From the NCBI GenBank assembly GCA_022180565.1, contig BQML01000002.1:117888-181887 (forward strand): 64,000 bases of DNA, written 5' to 3'. Shown here piece by piece: positions 27,917-40,687 of this stretch. Both the position numbers and the translations under genes were made by a program. The notes below the pieces were generated by a model, which did not search any database, was not told the DNA's origin, and saw nothing but the letters and a program-made list of their open reading frames with translations. Each line of letters opens with the position of its first letter. The first letter of the stretch is position 1. Origin of the DNA: Bacteroidia bacterium. Lineage in GTDB: Bacteria > Bacteroidota > Ignavibacteria > UBA10030.

Positions 27917-28587
27917 CCCGCGGCGAAACCGAACGGATTGAACCTCGTCTTGCGGTCGTAGAAGTCCACCCCTTCCGATTTTTTTAAGTACGCCGTGATG
28001 GCGTAGGTCGCAGGCGTGAAGACCGCCTCGACAGCGCATTTGAAAACATAGTTTGAAACCGCGATGTTCTTCAGCACCTCAGGATCAACGACACCCCAGA
28101 AGGCCAGGCTCACAAACAAGCCCGTATCGACGGCCTGACCGACCACGGTAGAGCCGAGTGTCCGCATCCAGAGATGTCGGCCCTCCATCCGGACCTTCAT
28201 CCGAGCCAGAACAACAGCATTGCTGAATTCCCCTGCGAAATACGCCACGAGGCTGGCGGCCACCAGGCGGGGCGTGAGGCCGAGAATGGTTTCATAGGAT
28301 TCCTGATGCGGCCATCCGGCCGAAGGCGGCAGAGCACCGACGACGGCGAGCGTTCCTGCCATCACAGCCAATGCGCCGAATCCCTGCCAGATGACGCGCC
28401 GGGAACGACGAAAGCCGTACACTTCGGTGAGGATATCCCCAAAAATGTAGCTCAGCGGAAAGAGCAGGGTACCCCCGTCAAACGTGAATGGCCCAATGTC
28501 GAGGATTTTCGTCGAAGCGATGTTGGAAATGAGAAGGACGGCAACAAACGCCGTCGCAATTGTGTCGTAGTGTCGCGGGACGGTCAC
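27904..28587 (-). CDS. yhhQ: Queuosine-precursor transporter (YhhQ/VUT family)
   Basis: Six or more TM helices. Signature PLSYIFGDILTEVYGFRRSRRVIW. GTG start overlaps the stop of the upstream lipoprotein gene. Confidence 0.7.
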   Translation of the reverse strand: MTVPRHYDTIATAFVAVLLISNIASTKILDIGPFTFDGGTLLFPLSYIFGDILTEVYGFRRSRRVIWQGFGALAVMAGTLAVVGALPPSAGWPHQESYETILGLTPRLVAASLVAYFAGEFSNAVVLARMKVRMEGRHLWMRTLGSTVVGQAVDTGLFVSLAFWGVVDPEVLKNIAVSNYVFKCAVEAVFTPATYAITAYLKKSEGVDFYDRKTRFNPFGFAAGQEL

Positions 28588-28904
28588 TGGCCGGTTTTTT
28601 GCTGAAGTTCCGTCGAGAGAGACTGGAAGAGTGGATCAAATCGGTCGGGAGTATCGATGAGATCGAGGAAGGATTGTACGAATTCCGCGCGTGTATATCC
28701 GTTCGTTCGCAGAATGGAGTCGACCTGAGTACGGTAGAGGGTTATGCTGTCCGCGGAGGCCGGGCGTCCGAAATGTTCGCGGTGGAGAAGAAGCTCGCCA
28801 TAGGTTCTCGCGAGCCTCGTTTCCTGATCCGACGCTTCCTGCCGGCCGGTTTCACCACAACCGATCAGGAAAGCGAACACGGCGCCCCATGCAAGCCATC
28901 TCAT
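28584..28904 (-). CDS. Small lipoprotein, unknown function
   Basis: MRWLAWGAVFAFLIGCG lipobox. 106 aa. Confidence 0.5.
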   Translation of the reverse strand: MRWLAWGAVFAFLIGCGETGRQEASDQETRLARTYGELLLHREHFGRPASADSITLYRTQVDSILRTNGYTRAEFVQSFLDLIDTPDRFDPLFQSLSTELQQKTGQ

Positions 28905-28968
28905 ATGCGTAACCTACTGAACGGTCTGCGAGGAAGCAAGCCGCCCGTAATGGCCTCGGAGATCATCC

Positions 28969-29496
28969 ATGATTGCAAAACATCGGGACGCAGCGTATAT
29001 TGGATTTCACACCCACCCGGAGACTCCCATGAACGAAGCTTCGAAAAACCTGCTGATGAATGCCGTAAAGGAATGGAACAAGTTCGCCGCAGAGCGGGAC
29101 AAGATGCGGACCGTTGCCATGGAGGTCGCAGCCATCGCCCAGAGAGTCGTCATGGAAAGCGTCGCTTTCCTGAAGTCCCAGAACATCGAAGTCCAGGCCG
29201 ACAGTCCCACGACCATGAGAATTATGGGACATCCGGTCGTCATTGAACCGGTCGTGGAAGCGAATTTTCCCACGGTGAAAACGAGGGTCACGATGTCGTG
29301 CTCCGGGGCCACGAGAGCGATTGTCATCAATCCGAACCTCAGTATCTCCGCCGGCGGAAACCCGTTCATGTACGACCAGTTGAAGAAGGGCATTCCGGAA
29401 TCGTTCGTGACCAACGCGGCAGAATTCGTGGCCGATGCGTTTTTGTTTATCGCGAGAAATATGGGGCAGAAAACTGACGAAAAGCAGGGCCCATGA
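28969..29496 (+). CDS. Hypothetical protein
   Basis: 175-aa ORF whose GC-rich third positions match neighbouring genes. The antisense ORF 29007-29570 looks like a shadow. No motif recognised. Confidence 0.45.
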   Translation: MIAKHRDAAYIGFHTHPETPMNEASKNLLMNAVKEWNKFAAERDKMRTVAMEVAAIAQRVVMESVAFLKSQNIEVQADSPTTMRIMGHPVVIEPVVEANFPTVKTRVTMSCSGATRAIVINPNLSISAGGNPFMYDQLKKGIPESFVTNAAEFVADAFLFIARNMGQKTDEKQGP

Positions 29497-29577
29497 AAAG
29501 AAGCGGATCCATGAACGGCGGACTCAGGACAAAGCCGACCGTGAACCTTGAACCTCGATCCTTGAACCAATAGTCTT

Positions 29578-31602
<2,025 letters not shown>

Positions 31603-31776
31603 TCGGCTCCGCCGCACCTGCGGTGCCAATGATCCGATCTTCAGCCACTGGGCTTTCAGCTTATAAAACGATGTCCGGCTGATCTGGAATATCCCGAGAG
31701 GTTCGACTGATCCCATGCCGATCTCATCAAAGCCCGTCGCTGGTTCACGATCATGTCGGTACTGGTCATTAGAGCC

Positions 31777-31846
31777 ACATCTCACATCTTACATCTTACA
31801 TCTTACATCTTACTTTTTACTTTTCACTTTTTACTTTTTACATTTC
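31777..31846. repeat. Ten tandem heptanucleotide units: 5 x ACATCT(T/C), then 5 x AC(T/A)TTT(T/C)
   Basis: Read directly from the sequence: acatctc acatctt acatctt acatctt acatctt acttttt acttttc acttttt acttttt acatttc. The array ends 1 nt before the comF ATG at 31848. Confidence 0.9.
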
Positions 31847-31847
31847 C

Positions 31848-32546
31848 ATGGGGGTTTTCTTCTCGCTTCTTCAACCATTCACCGACTTCATCTTTCCGCC
31901 TACGTGTGTCCATTGCCGGATTGTTCTCGAAGAGGATGACCGCCATCTCTGCAGGTCGTGCTGGAAGGCCATCCCGTGGATCATTCCGGAAACAGGCCTT
32001 TATCGGGAATCCCGGGAGAGATTGCAGTCGGCCGGCGGGGTGGATGGTCTGGTCAGCGTCTACGTGTTCGAAAAGGATGGCCCGTTCCAGGCGATGATCC
32101 ACGCGCTTAAGTATGAAGGATTCCAATCGGCGGGACGGATGGTGGGGGGAGTGCTGGGAGAGCAGATCATCGAATGGGGCATCACTGCTGACGCGATCCT
32201 CCCCGTCCCCCTCCACCGCGCAAAACACCGGGAGCGGGGATTCAATCAGGCGGAAAGCATCGCGCGCGGTATTGCCGACCGCACACAATGGCCGGTCGTC
32301 ACCAACGCGCTCGTGCGCTTACGGTCAACCAAGACGCAAACCAAGCTCGATGCGGCGGAACGAAGGAAGAATGTCGAGGGGGCGTTCGCGGTGCCGGGAG
32401 GGAAGTCGGAAGATCTGAAGAACAAAACGCTCATCATCGTAGACGACGTCATTACCACGGGCGCAACCATCCTTGCCTGCGCACAGGTCCTTCGTTCGTC
32501 CGGCGCCTCTTCCGTTATCGCCGCTTCTGCGGGACTCGCTCAGTGA
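31848..32546 (+). CDS. comF: ComF family phosphoribosyltransferase-domain protein
   Basis: N-terminal double CxxC (FPPTCVHC...LCRSCW). The C-terminal PRTase motif is LIIVDDVITTGAT. Confidence 0.75.
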   Translation: MGVFFSLLQPFTDFIFPPTCVHCRIVLEEDDRHLCRSCWKAIPWIIPETGLYRESRERLQSAGGVDGLVSVYVFEKDGPFQAMIHALKYEGFQSAGRMVGGVLGEQIIEWGITADAILPVPLHRAKHRERGFNQAESIARGIADRTQWPVVTNALVRLRSTKTQTKLDAAERRKNVEGAFAVPGGKSEDLKNKTLIIVDDVITTGATILACAQVLRSSGASSVIAASAGLAQ

Positions 32547-32579
32547 ACTCCTCGAAAGAATGAACGCAGAGTCACCGCA

Positions 32580-33676
<1,097 letters not shown>

Positions 33677-33698
33677 GCTCTTTTTCACTATCAGGAGG

Positions 33699-33738
33699 CG
33701 GGCTGGGACTGCTGAAGCGGTCTTAGCCCGTTTCTTTT
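33699..33738 (+). terminator. Candidate intrinsic terminator/attenuator between gap and pgk
   Basis: Stem CGGGCTGGGAC/GTCTTAGCCCG (two G-U pairs) with a 10-nt loop, followed by TTTCTTTT. Confidence 0.5.
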
Positions 33739-33759
33739 CCAAGAGGATCGGATTCATCG

Positions 33760-34953
33760 ATGAAAATGACCATTGACGATGTTTCGTTCCGCGGCAGGCG
33801 GGCACTCATACGCGTTGATTTCAATGTTCCTCTTGATAGCCAGAGAAACATCACCGATGATACTCGGATTGTGGAGTCCCTGCCAACCATCAAAAAGGTT
33901 CTCAATGACGGAGGCAGGGCAATCCTCATGAGCCATCTCGGCCGGCCCAAGGGCAAACCGGCCCAGGAATTCAGCTTGAAGCCTGTCGCTGAGCGCCTCT
34001 CCAGCCTGCTTGGCAAGCCGGTTCGTTTTGTCCGCGATTGCATAGGTCCTGATGTCCGACAAGCCGTCGATGCGATGAAGGACGGGGACTGCTTACTGCT
34101 GGAGAACCTCCGGTTTCACAAGGAGGAGGAGGCCAACGACCAAGAATTTGCGCGTCAACTTGCCGCACTTGGCGACGTGTTCGTCAACGACGCATTCGGG
34201 ACCGCCCATAGGGCTCATGCATCCACCGAAGGTGTCACCAGATACCTGAAGCCGTGTGTGGCCGGGTTCCTGATGCGGAAGGAACTCGACTACCTCGGTC
34301 GGGCTCTGGGGAACCCGATACGGCCCTACGTGGCGATTCTTGGCGGAGCAAAGATCTCGGGCAAGATCGATGTGATCATGAACCTCATGGCTAAAGTCGA
34401 CGCGCTCTTGATTGGTGGTGGGATGATGTTTACCTTCTATAAGGCGCAAGGGAAGCAGATCGGCAAGTCCCTCCTGGAGGCGGAGAAAGTCGATCTTGCG
34501 GGTACGGTGCTGAACGAAGCAGCGAAGAAGAACACCAGGATTCTCCTTCCGATTGACTGCATCGTTGCGGACCGCTTCGAGGAACAGGCTCAATGGAAGA
34601 GTGTCCCAGCCGATGCCATCCCCGGGGACTGGATGGGTATGGATATCGGTCCGCAGACCATCAACCTGTTTGTTGGCGAAATCCTCAAGGCAAAGACCGT
34701 TGTTTGGAACGGCCCGATGGGCGTGTTCGAAATGAAACCCTTTGCGGAGGGAACGAACGCGGTGGCCCGGGCGTTGGCAGAAGCAACGAGGTCCGGGGCA
34801 ACTACCATTGTCGGAGGTGGGGATTCCGCCGCGGCAATCGCCGCCGCCGGATTGCAGAGCGCTGTGTCGCACGTTTCGACCGGCGGAGGGGCCTCCCTCG
34901 AGCTCCTGGGGGGCAAGGCCCTTCCGGGAGTGGAGGCGCTGACAGAGAAATGA
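33760..34953 (+). CDS. pgk: Phosphoglycerate kinase
   Basis: [24 protein letters not shown] and STGGGASLE. Confidence 0.95.
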   Translation: MKMTIDDVSFRGRRALIRVDFNVPLDSQRNITDDTRIVESLPTIKKVLNDGGRAILMSHLGRPKGKPAQEFSLKPVAERLSSLLGKPVRFVRDCIGPDVRQAVDAMKDGDCLLLENLRFHKEEEANDQEFARQLAALGDVFVNDAFGTAHRAHASTEGVTRYLKPCVAGFLMRKELDYLGRALGNPIRPYVAILGGAKISGKIDVIMNLMAKVDALLIGGGMMFTFYKAQGKQIGKSLLEAEKVDLAGTVLNEAAKKNTRILLPIDCIVADRFEEQAQWKSVPADAIPGDWMGMDIGPQTINLFVGEILKAKTVVWNGPMGVFEMKPFAEGTNAVARALAEATRSGATTIVGGGDSAAAIAAAGLQSAVSHVSTGGGASLELLGGKALPGVEALTEK

Positions 34954-35006
34954 CAATTCTGCATTCGGCTTTGGACGCTCGATACTCGATCTTATGACCA
35001 AATACT

Positions 35007-35906
35007 ATGTCCTATAACTACTACCGTCCATCGATGTTCGGCGGATTCTCTTTCTTCCCGCCGGTTGTCAAGGGACTGCTCATAACGAACGCCGCTGTAT
35101 TCTTGCTCACGGAGTTCCTGGGAAGTCTCACCCTGGACGGCATTTCCCTTCAGTACTTTATTTACCGCTACTTTGCCCTCCTGCCGCTGGGCGACGGTTT
35201 CCTGCCCTGGCAGCTCCTCACGTACCAATTCATGCACGGCGGGTTCTGGCACCTGTTCTTCAATATGTTCTTTGGGTTGTGGATGTTCGGCATGGAAGTC
35301 GAACACATGTGGGGAGGACGCAAGTTCCTGATCTTCTACCTTTCCTGCGGCATCGCGGCGGGATTGGCCCAACTGATTCTTTCCCCTTTGTTTGAATCGC
35401 CGCTCATGGGCCCTGTCCCCACTGTGGGAGCATCAGGAGCGGTGTACGGCGTGCTCGTAGCCTTCGGGATGATGTTCCCCGACCGCTACATCTTCCTCTA
35501 CTTCCTGATTCCGGTCAAGGTGAAATACTTCGTGATGTTCCTCATTGTCCTTGGAGTCCTTTCCATTGGCGACCCGACGAACGTTGCTCACCTGGCCCAT
35601 CTCGGCGGTGCTCTGGCCGGATACATCTTTGTGCAGTATGACAGAAGACACTTTCCGCTGGGTGGTTTGTTTAGCAGGATAGGATGGTGGTGGAGATCAA
35701 TCACGGGCGACATCGGGTCGAAGAAGCATGACTCGGGCGAGGCGACGATCCTCGATTTCACCGACCGCAAAAAGAACAACGAGGAGGAACCGGGCGACGA
35801 GAAAAGGATCGATGAAATTCTCGACAAGATCAGCAGGGGCGGTTATCAGAGCCTGACAGCGGAAGAAAAGAAGGCATTGTTTGAAGCAAGCAGAAAACTG
35901 AACTAA
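35007..35906 (+). CDS. Rhomboid family intramembrane serine protease with cytoplasmic C-terminal tail
   Basis: HGGFWHLFFNM (H..xN), GASGAVYG (catalytic Ser) and AHLGG (catalytic His). The tail is about 85 aa. Confidence 0.8.
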   Translation: MSYNYYRPSMFGGFSFFPPVVKGLLITNAAVFLLTEFLGSLTLDGISLQYFIYRYFALLPLGDGFLPWQLLTYQFMHGGFWHLFFNMFFGLWMFGMEVEHMWGGRKFLIFYLSCGIAAGLAQLILSPLFESPLMGPVPTVGASGAVYGVLVAFGMMFPDRYIFLYFLIPVKVKYFVMFLIVLGVLSIGDPTNVAHLAHLGGALAGYIFVQYDRRHFPLGGLFSRIGWWWRSITGDIGSKKHDSGEATILDFTDRKKNNEEEPGDEKRIDEILDKISRGGYQSLTAEEKKALFEASRKLN

Positions 35907-35917
35907 ACCGGGTTTCT

Positions 35918-37027
35918 ATGGAAGACATTCTGAGAGAAACGGCGCCACACGAGACGTACAAGGTCGGCCTTCGCCGTAAGACCCGTCAGGTGGTGGTCGG
36001 AGGCGTGAAGATTGGAGGCGATGCCCCGATCTCGGTGCAGACGATGACAAAGACAAAGACGGACGATGTTTCCGGCACCGTCGGTCAGATTCGGGCAGCA
36101 GCTGAGGCGGGATGCGACATCGTGCGCGTGACCGTGAACGACAAGGAGGCGGCCGAGGCAATGAAGGATATCGTCCGGCAATCACCTCTGCCGATCGTTG
36201 CGGACATTCACTTCAATCACATTTTTGCCCTCCGGGCTATTGAGGCGGGCGTAGCAAAGGTGAGGATCAATCCGGGCAACATCGGCGCGAAGGATCGCAT
36301 TAGACAGGTATTGACCGCCGCTGCGGACCGGGGAATCCCGATCCGGATTGGGGTAAATTCGGGTTCACTCGAAGAGGATATTCTGGAGAAACACGGTTAT
36401 CCGACCGCGGAAGCTTTGTACGAAAGTGCAATGAGGCATGTGGAAATCTGTGACAGCTTCAACTTCCGCGACGTGGTGATCTCGGTGAAATCAACCGACG
36501 TGAAGCTTATGATTGAAGCGTACCGGCTCGTTGCTCAGCGGACAGACATTCCGCTTCACCTCGGCGTGACGGAGGCGGGCACGGCACGCGTGGGAACGAT
36601 CAAATCGGCCGTCGGAATCGGTACACTGCTGGCCGAAGGCATTGGCGATACGATCCGCGTTTCCCTGACAGATGACCCGGTCAAGGAAGTGGAGGTGGGG
36701 AAAGAAATCCTGCGGTCGCTGAGCCTCGCGTCCCGAAACATTGAGTTGATCGCCTGCCCCACGTGTGGACGGTTGGAAGTGGATCTGTTCGGCATCATGG
36801 CCCAACTCGAAGAGAAGCTTGCCGGTGTGAAAAAGCCGGTCAAGATCGCCGTTCTTGGATGTGTCGTCAACGGACCGGGTGAGGCGAGTGAAGCGGATAT
36901 TGGGATCGCGGCCGGGAAGGGTGTGGCGATCCTGTACCGGAAAGGGGAAGTTGTGAAGAGGGTGAAGGAAGAAGACATCGTCACGACGGTGCTGGAGGAA
37001 GTCGAACGATTTCAGCCGGCAGAGTAA
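35918..37027 (+). CDS. ispG: 4-hydroxy-3-methylbut-2-en-1-yl diphosphate synthase
   Basis: VGGVKIGGDAPISVQTMT, RINPGNIG, CPTCGR and GCVVNGPGE. Confidence 0.9.
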   Translation: MEDILRETAPHETYKVGLRRKTRQVVVGGVKIGGDAPISVQTMTKTKTDDVSGTVGQIRAAAEAGCDIVRVTVNDKEAAEAMKDIVRQSPLPIVADIHFNHIFALRAIEAGVAKVRINPGNIGAKDRIRQVLTAAADRGIPIRIGVNSGSLEEDILEKHGYPTAEALYESAMRHVEICDSFNFRDVVISVKSTDVKLMIEAYRLVAQRTDIPLHLGVTEAGTARVGTIKSAVGIGTLLAEGIGDTIRVSLTDDPVKEVEVGKEILRSLSLASRNIELIACPTCGRLEVDLFGIMAQLEEKLAGVKKPVKIAVLGCVVNGPGEASEADIGIAAGKGVAILYRKGEVVKRVKEEDIVTTVLEEVERFQPAE

Positions 37028-37071
37028 GGGAACCTAACAGATCGTTTTGCACGAAGAATCGTTGGGAGAGC

Positions 37072-37641
37072 ATGATGAATCGTATCCTGATTGGCGTCTT
37101 GGTTCTTATTGTCGGGGGGTGCTCAGGAAAGGGGCCTGGACGCTCCGCAGGTCTCAGGGGCGAAGAGGGCTCGGTGGCGGGGTTGCGCTGGTCGTATCCC
37201 GAAACCTGGAGCAAACAGCATGACCTGCCGATGCGCGTTGCCACCTATGTTCTCCCGCCGGCCGAAGAGGATACCGAAGCCGGTGAGTGCGCGGTGTTCT
37301 ATTTTGGAGCCGACCAGGGCGGGGGTGTTGACATGAACATCCAGCGGTGGGGCTCGCAGTTCGAGGGGGCAACCGAGGCCGTGAAAACAACCACGGAGGT
37401 CAACGGAATTCCCGTGACGATTGCACGGATCGAAGGTACGTATCTGGCCCCGGCGGGACCGATGATGGAGTCCCAGGGAAAAAAAGAAGGCTACAAGCTT
37501 CTGGCCGCGATTGTTGAGGGACCCCAAGGCATGGTGTTCTTCAAGTGCACCGGTCCTGCGAAAACAATCGATGAAAATGAGAGTGGCTTTTTGGCCCTGG
37601 TTGAATCAATCCGCAAAGACGAGGGAAGGGGTGACTCCTGA
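37072..37641 (+). CDS. Lipoprotein, unknown function
   Basis: MMNRILIGVLVLIVGGCSG lipobox. 189 aa. Confidence 0.5.
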   Translation: MMNRILIGVLVLIVGGCSGKGPGRSAGLRGEEGSVAGLRWSYPETWSKQHDLPMRVATYVLPPAEEDTEAGECAVFYFGADQGGGVDMNIQRWGSQFEGATEAVKTTTEVNGIPVTIARIEGTYLAPAGPMMESQGKKEGYKLLAAIVEGPQGMVFFKCTGPAKTIDENESGFLALVESIRKDEGRGDS

Positions 37642-37652
37642 CCTCTCTTGAT

Positions 37653-38516
37653 CTATTCCTCTTCCTCCCCCTCATCCTCTTCTTCCGGTCCGCTTTCCTC
37701 AATCATAACGAGCAATTCCTTCATCAAAGCCGCGTTTTGGGGATTCTGCTCCTGTTCGTAGGCATTGATCAGGTTCCGAAGCGTGCGTGCAATGATCGTG
37801 ACGGAATCGCATTCCAACTGCATGAGGTCTGAAAGTGGAAGGAGCGCGCCGTTGTTGAGCGTGATGAGATCGTTAACGTCCAGACACCTGCCCCCTTTGA
37901 AGCAATCCACGATGTAGTTCTGCTTTCCAACGGCCGCACGGGCAAGAAAATGGCCCGGAAGGTTGATCCCTGCAATGTCGAAATCCAGTCTCCAACCCAC
38001 CAGGAGATAGATCGTTGCGAGGCTGAGCGGAGTTCCGCGCTTCTGTTCGATGACATGTACAAGATTGCTGTGGTATGGGTTGTAGTAGTCCACCTCAGCC
38101 CCGCGAAGCTGTTTCTTGGTGAACAAGAAATGAGCAAGCGTCAGGGCATCCTGCTTTCGGGTCGTTGATTCGAATTCTCCCGCGAGCTTATCGAGCAGGA
38201 TGGTCAGCTTGGTTGGGTAGGCCCGCCCCAGTTGGAATTCCGCAAGAAGCCCCATGGCCGTCTCCAGCATCTCGAATTCATCCTCCATGGTCAGCAAGGC
38301 CGGCCATTGCTCCTGGAGCCAGGAGCGGTTGTACTCTTCAAGCAAACGGGCGATCCGCTGCTGTTGATCCTTGCTCAGCACAAGCTTCTGTTTTGCCAGT
38401 TCTTTGTGCAGGGATGGTCCGAAGGACGAGAGTTCCCGGACAACATTCTCCCTTACGACCGGCGAATCATCGTCCAGTAACTTGATGATATGCTGAAGCT
38501 GTTCGGGGTTTGCCAT
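37653..38516 (-). CDS. Transglutaminase-like/SirB1 N-terminal-domain family protein with HEAT-like N-terminus and acidic tail
   Basis: The segment YYNPYHSNLVHVIEQKRGTPLSLATIYLLVGWRLDFDIAGINLPGHFLARA resembles the UPF0162/SirB1 family. The N-terminal LLDDDSPVVRENVVRELS is HEAT-like. The C-terminus is EEEDEGEEEE. The ATG at 38516 is preferred over the TTG at 38564. Confidence 0.5.
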   Translation of the reverse strand: MANPEQLQHIIKLLDDDSPVVRENVVRELSSFGPSLHKELAKQKLVLSKDQQQRIARLLEEYNRSWLQEQWPALLTMEDEFEMLETAMGLLAEFQLGRAYPTKLTILLDKLAGEFESTTRKQDALTLAHFLFTKKQLRGAEVDYYNPYHSNLVHVIEQKRGTPLSLATIYLLVGWRLDFDIAGINLPGHFLARAAVGKQNYIVDCFKGGRCLDVNDLITLNNGALLPLSDLMQLECDSVTIIARTLRNLINAYEQEQNPQNAALMKELLVMIEESGPEEEDEGEEEE

Positions 38517-38599
38517 GATGCTGGCCCTCAACGAATTGATAACCAAAAATTCCGAGGTATGCAAGCATGGCGGCGCGCACGGTCAGGATCGGGTGGAAA

Positions 38600-38628
38600 T
38601 TGACTTTCCTCGCCGTTCTGGGTACTTT
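38600..38628 (+). promoter_or_regulatory. Candidate sigma70-type promoter for the dienelactone hydrolase gene
   Basis: TTGACT (38600-38605), 17-bp spacer, TACTTT (38623-38628). AAGGAGG lies before the ATG at 38673. Confidence 0.45.
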
Positions 38629-38672
38629 CTGTCATTCCTTAAAGCACCGTAAGCCGAAGGAGGGTTGAGAAA

Positions 38673-39560
38673 ATGCAACGATATTTCGCCGAAGTAATAA
38701 TCACTCTCGTTCTTCTTGTCTTCCCGGCGCTTGCGCAAGACCATGCCCACGCCGATCACCCCGGGAGCGGCTCAACTCTTGCCTTGTCGCAAGACCCCGG
38801 TCTGCCTCCTGGCGAGGAGCATGCAAAACAGGCGCTGGAGATCTCCCCTCGCCATGGGGAATGGGTTGACGTGGATGTCCCGGGTTCAACCGATAGAATC
38901 AGGACATGGGTGGTTTATCCCGAGCGCAGGGACAAGGCGCCTGTGGTTCTTGTCATTTGTGAAATCTATGGACTGACGGATTGGATTCGAGCCGTTGCTG
39001 ATCAGCTGGCAGAGGATGGGTTCATTGCGATTGCTCCCGACCTCGTGTCCGGAAAGGGTCCGAAGGGAGGCGGTACGGAATCGGCAACAAGCCGTGATGA
39101 AGTCGTCAGGTGGATCAGGGAATTGACCACAGACGAAGTGCTTGCCAGGCTGAACGCGGTACGGTCATACGGAATCGGGTTGCCGGCTGCAAATGGAAAA
39201 ACGGCTACGATAGGATTCTGCTGGGGAGGATCTCAGAGCTTTCTCTATGCCTGTCTGCAACCCGGGCTCGATGCCGCCGTTGTCTACTACGGCACTTCTC
39301 CGGATTCCGCGAGGCTGGCGCATCTTTCGAAAGCCCCCGTGCTCGGTCTGTACGGCGGAGACGATGCGCGCGTGAACATGACTATCGAGCCTGCGCAGAA
39401 AGTTTTGCATGCCCTCAAAAAGAACTACGAGGTGGAGATCTATGAGGGCGCAGGACATGGATTTCTCCGGGCGCAGTCAGGCAGGGACGGAGCCAACCTG
39501 CGGGCCGCGCAGAAGGCTTGGCCGCGCACCATCGAATTTCTCCGGATGCACACGAAGTAG
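38673..39560 (+). CDS. Dienelactone hydrolase family protein, secreted
   Basis: Signal peptide. Nucleophile elbow GFCWGG and GAGHGF near the C-terminus. Confidence 0.75.
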   Translation: MQRYFAEVIITLVLLVFPALAQDHAHADHPGSGSTLALSQDPGLPPGEEHAKQALEISPRHGEWVDVDVPGSTDRIRTWVVYPERRDKAPVVLVICEIYGLTDWIRAVADQLAEDGFIAIAPDLVSGKGPKGGGTESATSRDEVVRWIRELTTDEVLARLNAVRSYGIGLPAANGKTATIGFCWGGSQSFLYACLQPGLDAAVVYYGTSPDSARLAHLSKAPVLGLYGGDDARVNMTIEPAQKVLHALKKNYEVEIYEGAGHGFLRAQSGRDGANLRAAQKAWPRTIEFLRMHTK

Positions 39561-39567
39561 CCGGTTG

Positions 39568-39915
39568 CTACTCGCCCTTCATCTTTCGCGACGCAATGAA
39601 GTAGAACAAAATGAGGCCCAGACCTCCGAAAATCAACATGCTGCCCGGATAGACAGAGTCGTCGAGGTAAAAAGCCGTGTCGAGCAAATTCCCGACCATG
39701 AGGCCGATGCCGACAAACATGGCAAGCATGCCCCACTTGAGGCTGGAGAGGGGATTGGGAGCAAAGACTTCTCTCAAGGAGCCGCTCTTGAACTCCGACG
39801 GGCTGACGCCCTTTTCAATCATGGCCATCCTTTCCTTGTGCCGGGAGGAAAGCCACGTGTACACCACGACACCAAGTGTGGCGAAAACAATGAAAACAAC
39901 AAAAATGGGTTCCAT
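39568..39915 (-). CDS. Small membrane protein (DUF6249-like), divergent from the ECF sigma gene
   Basis: The ATG at 39915 gives MEPIFVVFIVFATLGVVVYTWLSSRHKERMAMIEKG plus two further TM helices. The N-terminal 56 aa of the longer ORF-track version look non-coding. Confidence 0.5.
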   Translation of the reverse strand: MEPIFVVFIVFATLGVVVYTWLSSRHKERMAMIEKGVSPSEFKSGSLREVFAPNPLSSLKWGMLAMFVGIGLMVGNLLDTAFYLDDSVYPGSMLIFGGLGLILFYFIASRKMKGE

Positions 39916-40000
39916 GCTAGTTGGGTCTCCGAGTGAAAAGATGCTGTTGGTCGCTGTATGCTTTGACCAGAATTCTTCTCCCAGGGTTTCACGGGTGGGT

Positions 40001-40026
40001 GAAACCTTGTGGGCTGGATGACGGTC
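40001..40026 (+). promoter_or_regulatory. Candidate ECF-type autoregulated promoter (GAAAC-N16-CGGTC) upstream of the sigma gene
   Basis: GAAAC (40001-40005), 16-nt spacer, CGGTCTAA (from 40022), about 55 nt upstream of the ATG at 40082. The -35 element is the right arm of the perfect inverted repeat GTTTCAC-N6-GTGAAAC (39986-40005). Confidence 0.4.
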
Positions 40027-40081
40027 TAACTCGTTAAGGTTTTCCGCGGCGTGCCGGCGTAACGGAAAAGCCGCCTCCCTC

Positions 40082-40687
40082 ATGCCTTTATCTGATCAGG
40101 ACATACTTCAGCAGGTGCTCCAGGGTGACCAGAAGGCCTTTGGGGAGATTGTCGACCGGCACAAGGACAGAGCGATGACCCTGGCTATGAGGATTCTGAA
40201 GAACAAACAGGATGCGGAGGAGGCGGTTCAGGACTCCTTTGTACGGGCCTATCAGGCCCTTGGGAGGTTTGAGTGGAGGTCGAGTTTTTCCACGTGGTTG
40301 TACCGGATTGTCTTTAATGTCTGCTCGACAGCGTTGACACGTCGCGGGGCACCCCTGGTGCCGATTGACAATGACATGCCCGAAGATCGTCAGGTTGAAC
40401 TCCACGATCCTGCCGCCGCTCCGGATGTTGACCTCGAATCGTCAGAGGTGAAGAAGGCCATCTTGGAAGAAATCGATCGTCTGCCTGCGGCCTATGCAAC
40501 CGTCCTCACCCTGTTCTTCCTGCAGGAGATGAGCTATGCCGAAATCGTAGAAGTCACAGGCTCGCCTTTGGGAACGGTGAAAGCGCAGTTGTTTCGGGGA
40601 CGAACGATGCTTCGTGAAGCGCTGGCGGCCCGGCTTGGCAGAGAGGAAACATGGGGGGTGAGTGGAATGGCAGCTTCGGTGGTATGA
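40082..40687 (+). CDS. ECF (group 4) RNA polymerase sigma factor
   Basis: Region 2 reads AEEAVQDSFVRAY...FSTWLYRIVFN. Region 4 reads LFFLQEMSYAEIVEVTGSPLGTVKAQLFRGR. Confidence 0.85.
   Translation: MPLSDQDILQQVLQGDQKAFGEIVDRHKDRAMTLAMRILKNKQDAEEAVQDSFVRAYQALGRFEWRSSFSTWLYRIVFNVCSTALTRRGAPLVPIDNDMPEDRQVELHDPAAAPDVDLESSEVKKAILEEIDRLPAAYATVLTLFFLQEMSYAEIVEVTGSPLGTVKAQLFRGRTMLREALAARLGREETWGVSGMAASVV

Noticed and set aside
31777-31846. Heptamer array as a CRISPR array or minisatellite-encoded peptide
   Set aside because: The units are 7 bp with no spacers, so this is not a CRISPR array. ORFs reading through the array (31715-31939, 31753-32097) translate to low-complexity HLTSY/LLFTF strings and lack a plausible start context.
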